A stretch of 62,449 nucleotides of DNA, the filler included, from Choristocarpus tenellus KU-1152 (Eukaryota; Protista; Phaeophyceae), in the NCBI GenBank assembly GCA_964200185.2. It is 12 parts of 12 records of this genome, joined end to end, with 100 filler letters (N's around TTAATTAATTAA, not from the genome) between each part and the next. Parts side by side here need not be neighbours in the genome. Positions count along the whole stretch, not along the records: positions 17,504 to 26,787 come from CAXNAD020003817.1; positions 26,888 to 31,809 come from CAXNAD020012522.1; positions 31,910 to 34,990 come from CAXNAD020022455.1; positions 35,091 to 43,296 come from CAXNAD020005000.1; 8 more parts are not named here. One strand, written 5' to 3'. Numbering within the stretch: the first letter of the stretch is position 1; each line of letters opens with the position of its first letter. The translations under genes and the position numbers were made by a program. The notes beneath the pieces are model-generated. The model was not told the DNA's origin. It made no database searches and was given only the letters and a program-made list of their open reading frames with translations. This document shows positions 25,341 through 37,850 of the stretch, piece by piece.

Positions 25341-26343
25341 TGGCTCAAAGTATCTGGGGGGGGGGGGTTCCCCCTCCCATTGCCTTGTCCTTATCAAATT
25401 GCAGGTTGGGAAAGATAGAGATATATGTCTACTCTTCAAGAGGAGATTTGATTTCAAGGTCTTGGAAGGGCCAATTCGTTGCCTGACCACATTCTCCAAA
25501 TAGAGGCCATTCTACATCAAGAAGACGATGTAAAGGTGAGGAAAGGCTTTACCTTGCATGGATTAAAAAATGTGTGAGAAAGGGTGAAAGAAGATACTGT
25601 ACAATATCTGTGTGATACTTGTTAAAACAGAGGCTACCCATTTGATTTGTTTTGATACGATACAGCACCGCCAGTCCATACTAAATGTTGATTTGTTCAT
25701 TGTAATGGTCGCTATTTTCACTTACCTCATTAGCTCCTCATCACAACATCATCAATCACCTTCACAACACCACTGTACATAGGAAGCACAAGAACAGTCG
25801 CTTCTTATCACACATACAGGAATACTGTGTGTTACATCAGTTCCCTCAGATATTGATTCAAGTTTGTCTTCTTGTTTCTTCTTTCTTTTTCCCTTTCTTC
25901 TTCACACAAGAAGTTGTCAGTTACATATCATTTGTTGATTTTTTTATTTTTTTATTGGCATTGCCCTCTCATAATTTGTCATGCTCACTCTGCACTACTT
26001 GTACCTGAAACACACCAAGAATGTAATACAACCAGAGTTTAAAACATCCTCAGAAACCCTTCTTAGCCAAGGTGACAAGGGTCAAAGTATCTGGAGGGGG
26101 GTGCCGGCGTCCGTTTTTCACCCTTTTTTCGATTTTCACTTTTTGGTGTGATTTGTTTGCACGTGTCGGATTGGAAATGTGGGAAAAAAAAGAAGACTGT
26201 TGGTTAGGTTCCCTTCTGTCCTTGCGTATGCAAGAGGAATGGGAATATATGCCACCATTTATTTGGGCTTGGTTAGGAGTTTCGACATTTGCATGTGTCC
26301 AATTTCGAATGTGTTCAAACAGGCTTATGTCGACGTGTATGTT

Positions 26344-26601
26344 GAGCCAAAGTATTTTAGAGGGTAGAGCCGCATCCATTTGGGGACCAAAATCCAATGT
26401 TACGATTTTGATGTAATTTAGCTTTCGTGTTTGTTAGGAAGTGTCAATATCTTTGTTTCCGATATACCTTTCCATAACATACACATTTTATGTACTTCTA
26501 AACATTTTGGAGTAGGAAAATGTCACAAAAAAACCCATGGGAAGCCAAGCCCCGAATGGACAAACAGGGCAAAATTTGTATCCTCTGAGATACTTTCAGT
26601 C
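26344..26601. mobile_element. MITE family B
   Basis: TIRs; TSD TGTT. Confidence 0.88.
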
Positions 26602-28925
26602 TGTTGGTTGTACAGTTAAGATGAAGAATGAGAGATATGCCATTGGTTGTTTCAAGGCTAGTTATGGGTTTGTTTGGTTGCATGAGTGGGATTTGGGCAG
26701 CACATAAAGAGGGCTGTCGGTTAGGGTGTGTTTTCCCAGTAACAGCGTATTCTCAAAATTGAGGATGGAGCATACTATGGAGAATGGNNNNNNNNNNNNN
26801 NNNNNNNNNNNNNNNNNNNNNNNNNNNNNNNTTAATTAATTAANNNNNNNNNNNNNNNNNNNNNNNNNNNNNNNNNNNNNNNNNNNNCCCCCCCAAGATA
26901 CTTTGACCCTACGTATACAACAGCAGGCAGATAGATGTCTTCTAATTTATAGTCTGTAGAAATCAGGTGGATGGTGCTAAAACAAGAGAGGTTTTGAGAG
27001 TCACTCACCACTGAACGCACCTCTTTCTTTCTCAAATAAAACATTACGTTAGGAAAAGTTAACTTTTTCTTACAAGCATGCAAAAATTGAAGCATAAATA
27101 CGTATGGAAGTAATGGATGCTGCGCCTTGCTGAGAAGAGCCCCATTTTGCTCAACGTGTATCAGGGTAGACCTTTTCTGGACCTTTCGCCCGTTTTGCTT
27201 ACTTCCTCGAATCCTTGTGTGCGTACGTGAGTGCAACAGGCCTGAGATCGCTTGCAGATTCTAGATCACTGGGTAGACCAATTGGGTGAAGTTCAGGACC
27301 AGTGTTGTGGTTTCCGATCCTCCCCTCTACTGTACAAGAAATTGACCTCTATTTATGAAAACAAAGTAGAAATAATATCCCATACATGATTCGAACTTCT
27401 TCACCTCACATCGGCGTCACAAAATCATACTTCCTCCGTTCGGAATAAAATGTAACATAACTTTTGCAGGTTAGTTCTTGCCAAGAATGACCTACGTGAT
27501 AAACGTGCTGGACGAGGCTTATTTCTCTTGGAGATTGGGAGGCTGGCAAGTTTTGAGGTGGTGGGCTGTCATGACTATGATTTGAAAAACCTCTCGAAAT
27601 TGTCAAAGTGCATGTTTATTGGGATGACTAGGACAAAGACTCCTCGTCATTTGAGCGGCTCGCTCATACTATCGTTGCTCATCGGTCCCATTTCTTTGTC
27701 CCAGAAGTCTGTCTGGGGTCCAGATGCAACCACCTGGACAAGGAACAGCATGGTGGTGTGATGCCTAGCGGTGAGAGAACACAAGAATTGGATGCCTTGA
27801 ACAGCAGTGGCCATCACGGAGGACTTTGGAATCTCCCAAATCACCGTGTTCCATCACCTGAAGGAATATTGCAGCCAGATCGCATGGGGCGAGTGTATGG
27901 ACCTTGTACGACATCGCAAGGGCCGATGTGACAGCTGGACAAGCATCCTTGACATTTGAGACGTTCCATTGGCGCACCACACATCCTTCTATGAATGGGC
28001 AGGCAAAGCTGGGGCCTCCCTTGCCTTGTTGTGGGATCTGTCCAAACATAAGAAGGTGAACGTCAAGTGATGGATAAAGTCGGTCCTCTCAGACCAGCAG
28101 GAAGTTAACAGTGTGGGTTTCGTGATCAGCCACACACACAGGAGGGGAGGAAGTCGATGATCTATATGACTACGTGCATGTGAATGAGAAGTGATTTTTC
28201 ATCCTCAAAGATGGGAAAGGTGTGTACCTGCACCCCACGGAGGACCCCCTAAACCCCCATGGGCACAGAATAAGCGTTACATTATGAAGGTGATGTCCCT
28301 TGCAGCTGTTGCTCGCCCGAGGAAGATCTCCAACAGGTTGTGCTTCAATGGGAAAATCGAGATCTGGCCAATCGTGGACAATAACGTCGCTCAGCACTCC
28401 AATAGACACCGCCCCAAGGGCACCAAGGTGCTTGTGCCAGCCAAGGTGAACGGGGATAGGTATGCGAAGCTCATGATCGAGGATGTAATCCCAGCAATCA
28501 AGTCCACATGCCTAGGCCGGAAGGTCACACCATCTTCGTGGAGCAGAATGGGACAAAGCCACACACCAAGGGGGGGATCATGGAGGCAATCTAGGAGGCG
28601 TTGGGGGATGACATTCTTATAGAGACTCAGCCAGCCAACTCACCTGACCTCAACGTTAACGACCTGGGATCCTTTCATTCCATCCAACAAGAGAAGGAAG
28701 ACGTGGGGGTGACCATCACAGAGGAGCTGGTGGAGGCCACAATGGAGGCGTTCATTGTGTACCATCGGGAGATACTGGAGTGCGTCTGCCAGGGCCTCTT
28801 CGAAGTCTGCGGTGAAGTGCGGGGGTCCAAGGGTGACAAAATCTTTATAATTCCCAATCTTAGCAAGGAAAAGGTTGAGAAGGCGGGCAAGCCCCCCCAG
28901 AATGTCCCAGTGGATGTAGCGCAAT

Positions 28926-29795
28926 GAGTGAAAGTATATTAGAGGGTACGAGTTTTGCCCTGTTTGTCCGTTTGGGGCATGGCTTCTCAGGGGTTTTCTT
29001 AACACATTTTCCTACTCCGAAATATTTCGGAGTAGGTAAAATGTATATCTTCTGAAAAGGCGTGTCCAGGACAAGGATATTGACACTTCCTAACAAACAC
29101 GATAGCCAAAATTACATCAAAACGAGTCAAAGTATCTTAGATTGTAAGGCCGCGTCCATTTGGGGGCAAAATCCAATGTTGCGAATATTATGTAATTTTG
29201 GCTATTATGTTTGTTGGGAAGTGTCTGTGCAAAATAGGGCAATAGTGAGGTGTACCTTATTTTGTGTATATGAGATTGTTGTGTTGAATTGAGTCCATGT
29301 GATGTAAGTAATAAAATAGTACATCCAGATTATGTATCGGATTATGTATCGGTATTTATTCTGCATTCAACTAACTTTGGCATGACCGTTGACTCAGATA
29401 GGAAGCACAAACAAATAATAAACAAACAATGAGAAGACACCACACACAAAGGTCACTCTTCTAATCTTCAACCATGTAGTCACCTTCAGCAAAAGGGGTC
29501 GTGTGAGACTTCACACCTTCTTATCTTCACTACTAACAAATAGCATTACCTCCCAAGGTAAATTTGCACAGTGTCAATATCCTTGTTCTGGACACACCCC
29601 TTCATAACGTATACATTTTACCTGCTCCGAAACATTTTGGAGTAGGTAAAATGACAATAAAAAAACATGGGAAGCCAAGCACCAAATAGAAAACAGGGCA
29701 AAACGCGTACCCTCTAAGATACTTTCACTCAAAACGGAACATAATATTTTGGCCCCCAAATGGACGCAGCTCTACCCTCTAAGATACTTTGGCTC
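28926..29795. mobile_element. MITE family B outer copy containing an inverted family-B copy (29124-29730)
   Basis: Outer TSD CAAT; inner copy flanked by AAAAC. Confidence 0.88.
29226..29570. mobile_element. Solo LTR with 5-bp TSD GTGTC; partial copies at 34712-34787 and 48995-49241
   Basis: TGTGCAAA...TTTGCACA termini; GTGTC duplicated at 29221-29225 and 29571-29575. Confidence 0.85.
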
Positions 29796-30253
29796 CAATA
29801 CCGTGCTGGAGTGGAGTTTTGGAGGGATTTGAGGGCGGAATCATAGATAAGTGTACTGCTCCATTTTGCTTGAGATTTTGGTGAGTAACTTTGATATCAT
29901 TGTGTTTCAAATCTGATACCAGTGATGAATTTTACTTTGGACAAATTTACACCTTCTTGTGCGGTGGGTTTACTTTTTAATGATAAGGGGGTTTCATAGG
30001 TTCGAATATTGAAATTTAAGGGTAGATACTATCGTGGTTTCAAGTAACACATTAGTGGGGAATTCTACTTTGACAAACATATACCTTTGTGTGTGATAGG
30101 TGCTTTTTTCATCGTCGATAGATTTCATGATTATCCTTGTATGGATGGGAGGGGTGAAAAGAGGTTTATAGTGCCAGAATTGCAGTTACAGGTTGTGTGT
30201 GAGGTATTTGTATGTGTGTCTACGTCTAGATTTAGTGACTCTATATGTTAGTT

Positions 30254-30513
30254 GCGTGAAAGTATCTTAGAGGGTACGAGTTTTGCCCTGTTTGTCCCTT
30301 TGGTGTTTGGCTTCCCATGAGTTTTTTTAATGTCATTTTCCTACTCCAAAATGTTTAGGAGCAGGTAAAATGTATACATCATGAAAAGATGTGTCTGGAA
30401 CAAGGATATTGACACTTATTAACAAACATGATAGCCAAAATGACATCAAAATCACAACATTGGATTTTGACCCCCAAATGGACACCGCTCTACCCTCTAA
30501 GATACTTTGGCTC
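30254..30513. mobile_element. MITE family B
   Basis: TIRs; flanks AGTT/AGTG. Confidence 0.85.
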
Positions 30514-31156
30514 AGTGGTAAACAGACAGTGTTCCTTGCATCAGTTTAGCACGGGCAAAACCTCCTCGTCATAAAGGTCGTATTTCTTTCGAGGGATTTT
30601 TGTTTTTGATTATCCAAAATATGTGGCAAGCACACCAGATTGTGCATCTCCCGTACTAACCTATTTACACCTATACGACAAAAATGCTGGACAGACCAAG
30701 AATTAATAGCAAATTTCATTGCCAAGCGACACTGAACTGGGTCCTGCAGAGGATTAATGGAAGAAGGTGAAGAAATAAGTGGAGCTATGGCTGAATCTAA
30801 TGCGCAAAAAGCAAGACATGGATAGTGGTAGTACAATTTATTGTAGTAGTGTGACAGCTGGTTACAACAGGTAGTGTGAGAAGTAGTACAGCGTGTATGT
30901 AGTGCCTTTGTCCACGAGTGGGGATAGTTCAGGTTTAAATGTTAAGTAAATTATGATATATGCTCTAATACTATGTTATGCTAAAAAAATATGACAGAGT
31001 ACAAGACAAATACATCTATGTATCCAAAGCTGGTCCCTAGGCAGACACTCACCGTTCTTAATTTCTTCGCAGGGAGGAGTAATGCATTGTTCTCATTTGT
31101 CTTCACCTTAGTCTGGGGAATATCTCAACCTATAGTCAGAGGTATTACACACTGTA

Positions 31157-31338
31157 GGCTCAGAGTATCTGGGGGAGGGGCGGGGGGTCTACACCAGGAT
31201 ATCCATTCGGGCTCCGAGCAGGAGAAGTGTACTTACATTATCCATCCGACACATGCAACCAAATCACACAAAAATCGCGACATGGAAAAATGGGCCCTGA
31301 ATGGACAGCCACCCCCCACCCCCTAGTTACTTCGAGCC
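31157..31338. mobile_element. MITE family C (~180 bp, TIR GGCTCAAAGTATCTGGGGG)
   Basis: TIRs; flanks TGTA/TGCA. Confidence 0.85.
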
Positions 31339-34300
31339 TGCACTGCTTCTCATACTAACTGCTGTAACTAATCCTTGCCGTGCAACCAATTGTACTGCCT
31401 TCATTTATGCCCCGTTTCTTGCACATTAAGTTTAGCAATCTCACCGACCATAACTCCACCTCCTCACTCATGTGTTACGATGAACTCGACTCGACATTGC
31501 CACCTTGATCTTGGTCCCGCGTTTTTTGGGGTATGGCGACAGACAGGATAGTACAGGTATACAATTCGTTGTGCTTGCTATGTGGAATTGAAAACCGGAA
31601 TTCCATTAAAAGAAAATTGGCATCAACAGGGTTTAAACCCGCATATGTCATGTAGGAAACAGATTAATTAGTCACCGAGTCACGGAATGGAGCGCATGAG
31701 GAGAAAATAAAATTATGATACCCGTCTCACTGATCAAAAAGAACATTTGTGAATCGTGTGATTCTGTGGCGGCGTGGTTCACTCAGGCAAGGGTGGTGAA
31801 GAGAATCACNNNNNNNNNNNNNNNNNNNNNNNNNNNNNNNNNNNNNNNNNNNNTTAATTAATTAANNNNNNNNNNNNNNNNNNNNNNNNNNNNNNNNNNN
31901 NNNNNNNNNCCCCCAGTGTCATGCTCAACCGAAGCAGACCTGTTCTCTTGTTGGACATTTCACAATTGCCCCTGGGCCTCTGGAAAGCACAGCAGTGCAA
32001 AGACTTCTTGGACAGTCCCCCCTGGGTAGTTGCTGATGGAGGAATTGTTGCTAGTACACGTGTACTCGTAAGCCACTTCACAGAAACACATGGAGGTCCA
32101 TAGTAATTGTAAGAAGCACGTTGTCAATATAGAACAACAGCGCAACGCATAAAACACACCACCTACTCCCCAGTGGGAGAGTATGAGACTCGCTCGAATA
32201 CTCGGTATGTTCCAACTGCAACATATCTAGATAGCTCTTCTCCTTGAAAGTGGTACTTGGTGTAGATTATTCAAGGAACGCGGCTCTGTATTTGTACAAG
32301 CGCTGCAGGATGTCCCTCCAGAGCTCTGACATTTTTGAGCCAAGAGGGTTTGCATAAGATGTCGTGTACACAAGATCGAGTTGGACAGTACTAGTCACTG
32401 TATTGGTAGTAATAGCAGCACCGCAAGTGGAAAATGGCTAGTCTTGAGGGCCTTCACAATTGCATTTTCTTCCCTTTAGAGCTCTGGAGCTCTGGGGGAG
32501 TCTCAATTCGATTCAGTTCAAGTTTGTAGTGGTCAGTTTCCTTCTGTGCTTCTTTTCCTTGGGTCCCTGTACTGTAGAGTGCACTCTATGACGTATTTGT
32601 TAACAGGGGGAACGACTGTTGGTGTAGTACATGGCATTCTCCAGAGAGACGTGCGGGGTGATCCGTTTGTTGTCGTTTTGCCCGTCACAGCATTTAGGTC
32701 GCCCAATTGTAATGTACCAGTGATTTTGTGGCTTGTCTTATCATAGTCGTTTGTTTTGTATTGAGCACAACCAGATACCAAGCATACTATTGCTTTCACT
32801 TGACCACTTCAGCAGGGGTCCAATTGTTAATATTTGTCGTTCTGTCGTTTTGTGGAAGCGAGGGAGGTCGTAGAACTGTTAGCTGGCTTGGAAGCGACAG
32901 AGTTGGAAGAGATCATTGCCTGCACTACTACCTTGTGTATGTGGTAATACGAAAGATATCTAAAATACCACTACACGGAGCATACAACATGGACATGGTT
33001 GGGAGATTAAACCTTCGCATCTTCTTGACTTGTCTGAATAGAACGGAAAGTCGCGCCTACAACTATTGACCCCCCAATAAAAAATTGACGATATAGTATC
33101 TTCAGAGATCTTTAGTATTATAGTAAGAAGTTGTCCACTACAGAGCCACCTTCTATCAGGTGTGATGGCTATTGTTGTATTCGCGTCGCTACATCCACGA
33201 TGTCTACAGTGGAAGCACAAAATCAAAGCATTGTCCTATCACACAAAACACTGCCATCGTGCGGTACTGTTGTATCGTGTGTGTGTGTGTGTTGCAAGTG
33301 AATGGATGCCTGTTCGACACGCAAATCAAAGTATTCAAGTAAAACAATTAGTGTAAGCACTAGCATGTTCTTGTACGATAGTGTTTGTGTGTTGCATATG
33401 TGAACATCATGAAACAGAAGAGAAAAATGAATCATCGGATAGACTATGTATTACAGTACCACCTGTCTGTTGGACTGTTTTGTCACGTCTACAAGTAGTG
33501 GGGGATTTATTCCATGGTCCCTTGGTGACCAAGCGGACGGATACCTTTTCTTGTAGTAACACAACAGAAGAATGACTTACTACTTCATCTACCGCAACTT
33601 CGTTACTATACGCAAAATCACTTACAGTGCTCCTTAAACCTCTTCTGTATCTTGGAATAAGTTATTTTATACTGAAGTGTGAATAGTTTTCATTGGTTTC
33701 CCCCCCGACACATCTGGAAAATATCAGAGGGCAATATAATAGAATAGTTATATTAAATAGCCTATTAACAAAATGCAAATGCATCCAGTGGGTGAGATTC
33801 ATAACTTCCTCATCGACACAAAAGTTGCTTGTTTGTATATTACTCAGTGATTAATTTCCACTGGAGAGATTTCTTGCCCTTTCTTCTTTTCGTTTGTTAA
33901 TTCAGGTTCAAATATCGTGAATCACAGTACCGTCCTTTGGAAGTTCTACGTATTCCCTCACTCATGTATGCAGTCTTAAAATGAAGGCTTGTTTTACTTT
34001 CAGCATGATTGATTCGCTAGCTCTTTATGTAGTACGTGGTATACCTGGTGGCTTAGATGGCGGTGGTGGACACCAAGAAATTACAAAATGAACACAAACA
34101 TCGAACTAGTACTTCAATGTGCTCCAAGTACGTATATATATTCAGTAGGTTCCAAGTATGCATAGCGTTATACCCACTTAAATTTCGCAGATATAGTGAT
34201 AGAGGCTACAAGAAGCAGCGTACCCGGCTGATAATACACAATCAACACGACAACATTCTGTAGTACTTACAGTAGAGGCCGGTGTATGTTTCAAGATATT

Positions 34301-36857
34301 TTTCAAAATTGATAGAAATTATCATCAATTCATTTTACAGCATTATCTCTCCCCAAATTCTCTCTCATATGATCTAGTAAAGATCCGAGAGACATATTCG
34401 GTTGGTCTCATTATTTTGATGGAAAACTCCTTGCCTAGCAATTTTCATGTTCAAACAAGGTTCCTTGATGTAGCCAAGAAATTGTTCCGTATATATATAT
34501 ATATATATATTTCCAGTTGAACAATTGGTAGATCGAGATATAGTTCTTATCTTGAGAATTTGATAAGGTAGGGCAATGGTTCTAACAATATATTTTGGAA
34601 ATGACCTGATACAAACCTTATCTCTTCACCTTAACCTCTCATCCTCTCATTCATATCAATAGAACAAAATTGACTGATCGATACAACTCATATACCTTGA
34701 GAATCGATACATGTGCAAAATAGGAAAATAGTGAGGTGTATCTTATTTTGTGTATCAGAGATGTAACTAATGAGATAGTACATCCCCGAATATCAATGGA
34801 AATTACGTATAGAACATCCTCTCAGCGAAATTGAGGACGGAGCATACTATGGAGGATGGGTTTGACCCAAAATTGTCATGGTAAAAGTGTCGATATGTTG
34901 TTTTTCGTAAATAACAGCAGATTCTCAAAATTGAGGATGGAGCGGGACTATGAGGATGGTTGTTTTGCGAAAATCGTCTTAAAAAAGTACNNNNNNNNNN
35001 NNNNNNNNNNNNNNNNNNNNNNNNNNNNNNNNNNTTAATTAATTAANNNNNNNNNNNNNNNNNNNNNNNNNNNNNNNNNNNNNNNNNNNNCCATTTTGGG
35101 TCAAACCCATCCTCCATAGTCTGCTCCATCCTCAATTTTGGTGAGATCCTGTTATTGCCGTAATAGTGTAACCTGTGGTCTATGTAAAGAGATTATGGGA
35201 TGTATGTCTGGTACAGATCCTCGCCAATCGTTTTAATGACTCTTGTGTATTTGTCCAGATCTCGTGTTACCCACATACCACAACCCTTTGAATAGGTTGA
35301 CCATATAGTTTACACAAATCTGTTGTATGTCATTTTTGTGATACTTCGAAGTAGATATGTATAGTCTATCATTTTGTAAAGAGATTTGATATAGCTAATA
35401 ACAGATAACTGGTATCAGATCTCAGTTAACTTGTTCACCACTGGCTCCGACTTGACATATCGTGTTTACCACTTTTATCAATCCTTCCAAATAGACTACA
35501 TGAAAGCTGGACATTTAGATGCATTCATTGATAATACAATGTTATTTTTCTCTCAACTCTTGTCGTTTGCATGGGTGGACACATGCCGTGGTGAAGAGTC
35601 CATATCGCCAGGCACATTAGCACTTATGTGTCCTGGAGGTAGGGATTCATTATATCATGTCTCGTTCTTATAAAATAATATTTATGTGTCGTTATGAAAT
35701 GACCAACCCCAACAAAAATAAAATTCAAGTCTACCACTATTTATTGCAAATTCCTTAAGCAATGGAGAAATCAACCCTCTCAAGTCAAACTTAGCTCTTC
35801 ATCCATAGAAATATGGGTGAATTATAAAAGATTGAAAAATTGGCTTGAAATGCAAAAGTCCAAAACCTGGATGCCTCTCGTTCCTTTTGTTCAAAATTTC
35901 ATATTCCTGGATGTACGCGTGATCGTAGCATCGTAATTATTTTGGTGGTGTTGTTGTGAGACAGGGTACAATCAGTCGTGGGGGTTGTTCAGAATCACCA
36001 GATGTGTCAGAGGGGTTTCGCTTCAGCTAAACTTGAAGCACTCACGACTATCAAATCTTGGGTTGAAGCCTGAGTTGTATCTCGGATCCGATGGATGATG
36101 TCACGCCATCCTAACCGTCAACGGCAAATGATCTAAGAATCCTCAAGACTTCCTTGTATCTGATGTTGATGTGAACGTCACCAATAACAAAGAGATATGC
36201 GCGTAATACACTTGTATATGCGCGTGGCAATGGATTGGACTAAGAATCACCTCCCAAAACGACCTGTCGGTGACAGTGAACACTGTAATAATTTTAATAA
36301 TCGCACACTCTACCTCTCTGGTACACTAGAAAATCTCTATCAGTCGTAACTTGAGCGTTATGTGGAATTTAACGATGTTTTCTACTAGGAATAGTACCAC
36401 CATATACTAAGGACTAAGAATATAGATACCTGAATATACAGCAAGAACTATGTACGCCCTCAACCCTTCCTAACGGAAAGATGAATCGTATGGACTTCTT
36501 CTGTGGGTTAGTGTGGGGGCGTCATGTTTTCTGTTCTCCCCACAGTGTTGTGGAGGACGGATTGCTGGATATGATGCCTCTGTTCAGTGTTTTTCACGGG
36601 GTATCCAACTGTCATCATTCCACACATTGATTCCTCAAGAGTGTTGAGCAAATATCATTCATTCTCTTCTTGTCTTATTTCACAGTTTGGTGGAAGATTG
36701 TCACACTCCGACCATGTTTGTATATTGCTTTGATAAATTGATGCAGGAGAGGTGGCCGATAGTTTCATACTGGGTAGCATGGCAAGATATCAAACACAGA
36801 ATATACCGCCAGACATGACACCTCTGTGCCTTCCTATCCTTCTCACAGGCCTTAGGT

Positions 36858-37076
36858 GTAGTGGCTACTATTGCCTCTGCTTCACCTTTTGCTCTGTTTA
36901 TCTGATCAGTCATAGATGCTTCTGAGTTTAAAACAACTTGAGCCTTCTCTCCTTCTGCAACATTGATCTGTGATTGACGCTTACCTTCTGATTCTAGAAT
37001 ATTAGCACGCTTTTGTCTTTCTGCTGCTACTTGCAGCTCCATTGCTTGTAAGATTGACTTCGGGGGCTGTATGTCT
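36858..37076 (-). pseudogene. Intronless fragment of an SPFH/band-7 (stomatin-like) gene, Rickettsiales-like
   Basis: KDIQPPKSILQAMELQVAAERQKRANILESEGKRQSQINVAEGEKAQVVLNSEASMTDQINRAKGEAEAI; A/T-ending codons; homology stops abruptly at both ends. Confidence 0.8.
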
Positions 37077-37536
37077 TTAGGTAGAGTGATAACAAGACAA
37101 ATAGCACTATGGCGATCCCAGTACAATTGGCGATCTCTAGGCGTGATCACACAGTTCAAGCTGGAGAACACAGGTCGGAGGGGTGAACGGGACTTGACTG
37201 ACTCATGAGATTCTTCCCTTATTTATAGACCGCCTTCATTCATCAGTTTAGGAGCAGTTTCAGGTAGAAATATCCTAATATCCGCAGTATCGCAGTAGTT
37301 TTGTTGTTGTAACACATCTTCTTTTCAAACACAACTACTTTAATTCTAGAACTCTACTCCATATTATTTAGCGTGTGCCCTGGGAACATACCAGAACAAC
37401 AGCTTCCATGCCAAGTGGAAAGTATGTATTTTCACAGTGTGTCTGATGTAGAGGTATTGTGAACTTGGATACTTCCACTGAGATGGAGATATGAGATGAT
37501 ACTATATCGGCCTCTGATGGAATTTAAGTCTGACAG

Positions 37537-37850
37537 TCATGTGTTGTCTGGGCACGGTGGGATCCATTTATCACTGTCGTTAAATGACAATACTTCTTTA
37601 TCCCAATCTAGCACTGCCCCAGAAGCTGAAATCATGCTGTTAGGGAGTAATAATTTATCCACTATGGGTATGACTGTTGTTTGCACTGGCATTTGCAAGT
37701 TTCCAACCTGTAGTTCAAATTGAATGAAACCATGAACAAACAAAAATCTAACGCCCACTCTCTTAAAGATTAGAGCCCCTGCTGGAATCTTGTGAATGTG
37801 CTCCTTGGAAAGTATGGTTGTATGGGGTGGACCTGCATATATCAAATTGA
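37537..37850 (-). mobile_element. Ty3/gypsy retropepsin-like relic
   Basis: GFIQFELQVG...LLL-NS-I-A-GAVLDW pattern of the aspartic protease C-terminal half. Confidence 0.45.

Larger units (their letters stand above)
27430..29890 (+). mobile_element. Second decayed DD39D mariner copy, 3'-truncated, with nested insertions at 28926-29795
   Basis: TA+CTTCCTCCGT TIR; KVMSLAAVARPR, FNGKIEIWP and QPANSPDLNVNDLG motifs; co-linear with 22683-24320. Confidence 0.9.

Noticed and set aside
31618-31692. Minus-strand tRNA-like tail (GGGTTTAAACCCTGTTGATGCCA)
   Set aside because: Only a T-arm-like 3' part is recognisable; no D-arm or anticodon arm can be folded
32200-33230. LGDLNA motif suggesting a LINE endonuclease
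   Set aside because: Single short motif in heavily decayed sequence; not enough to call
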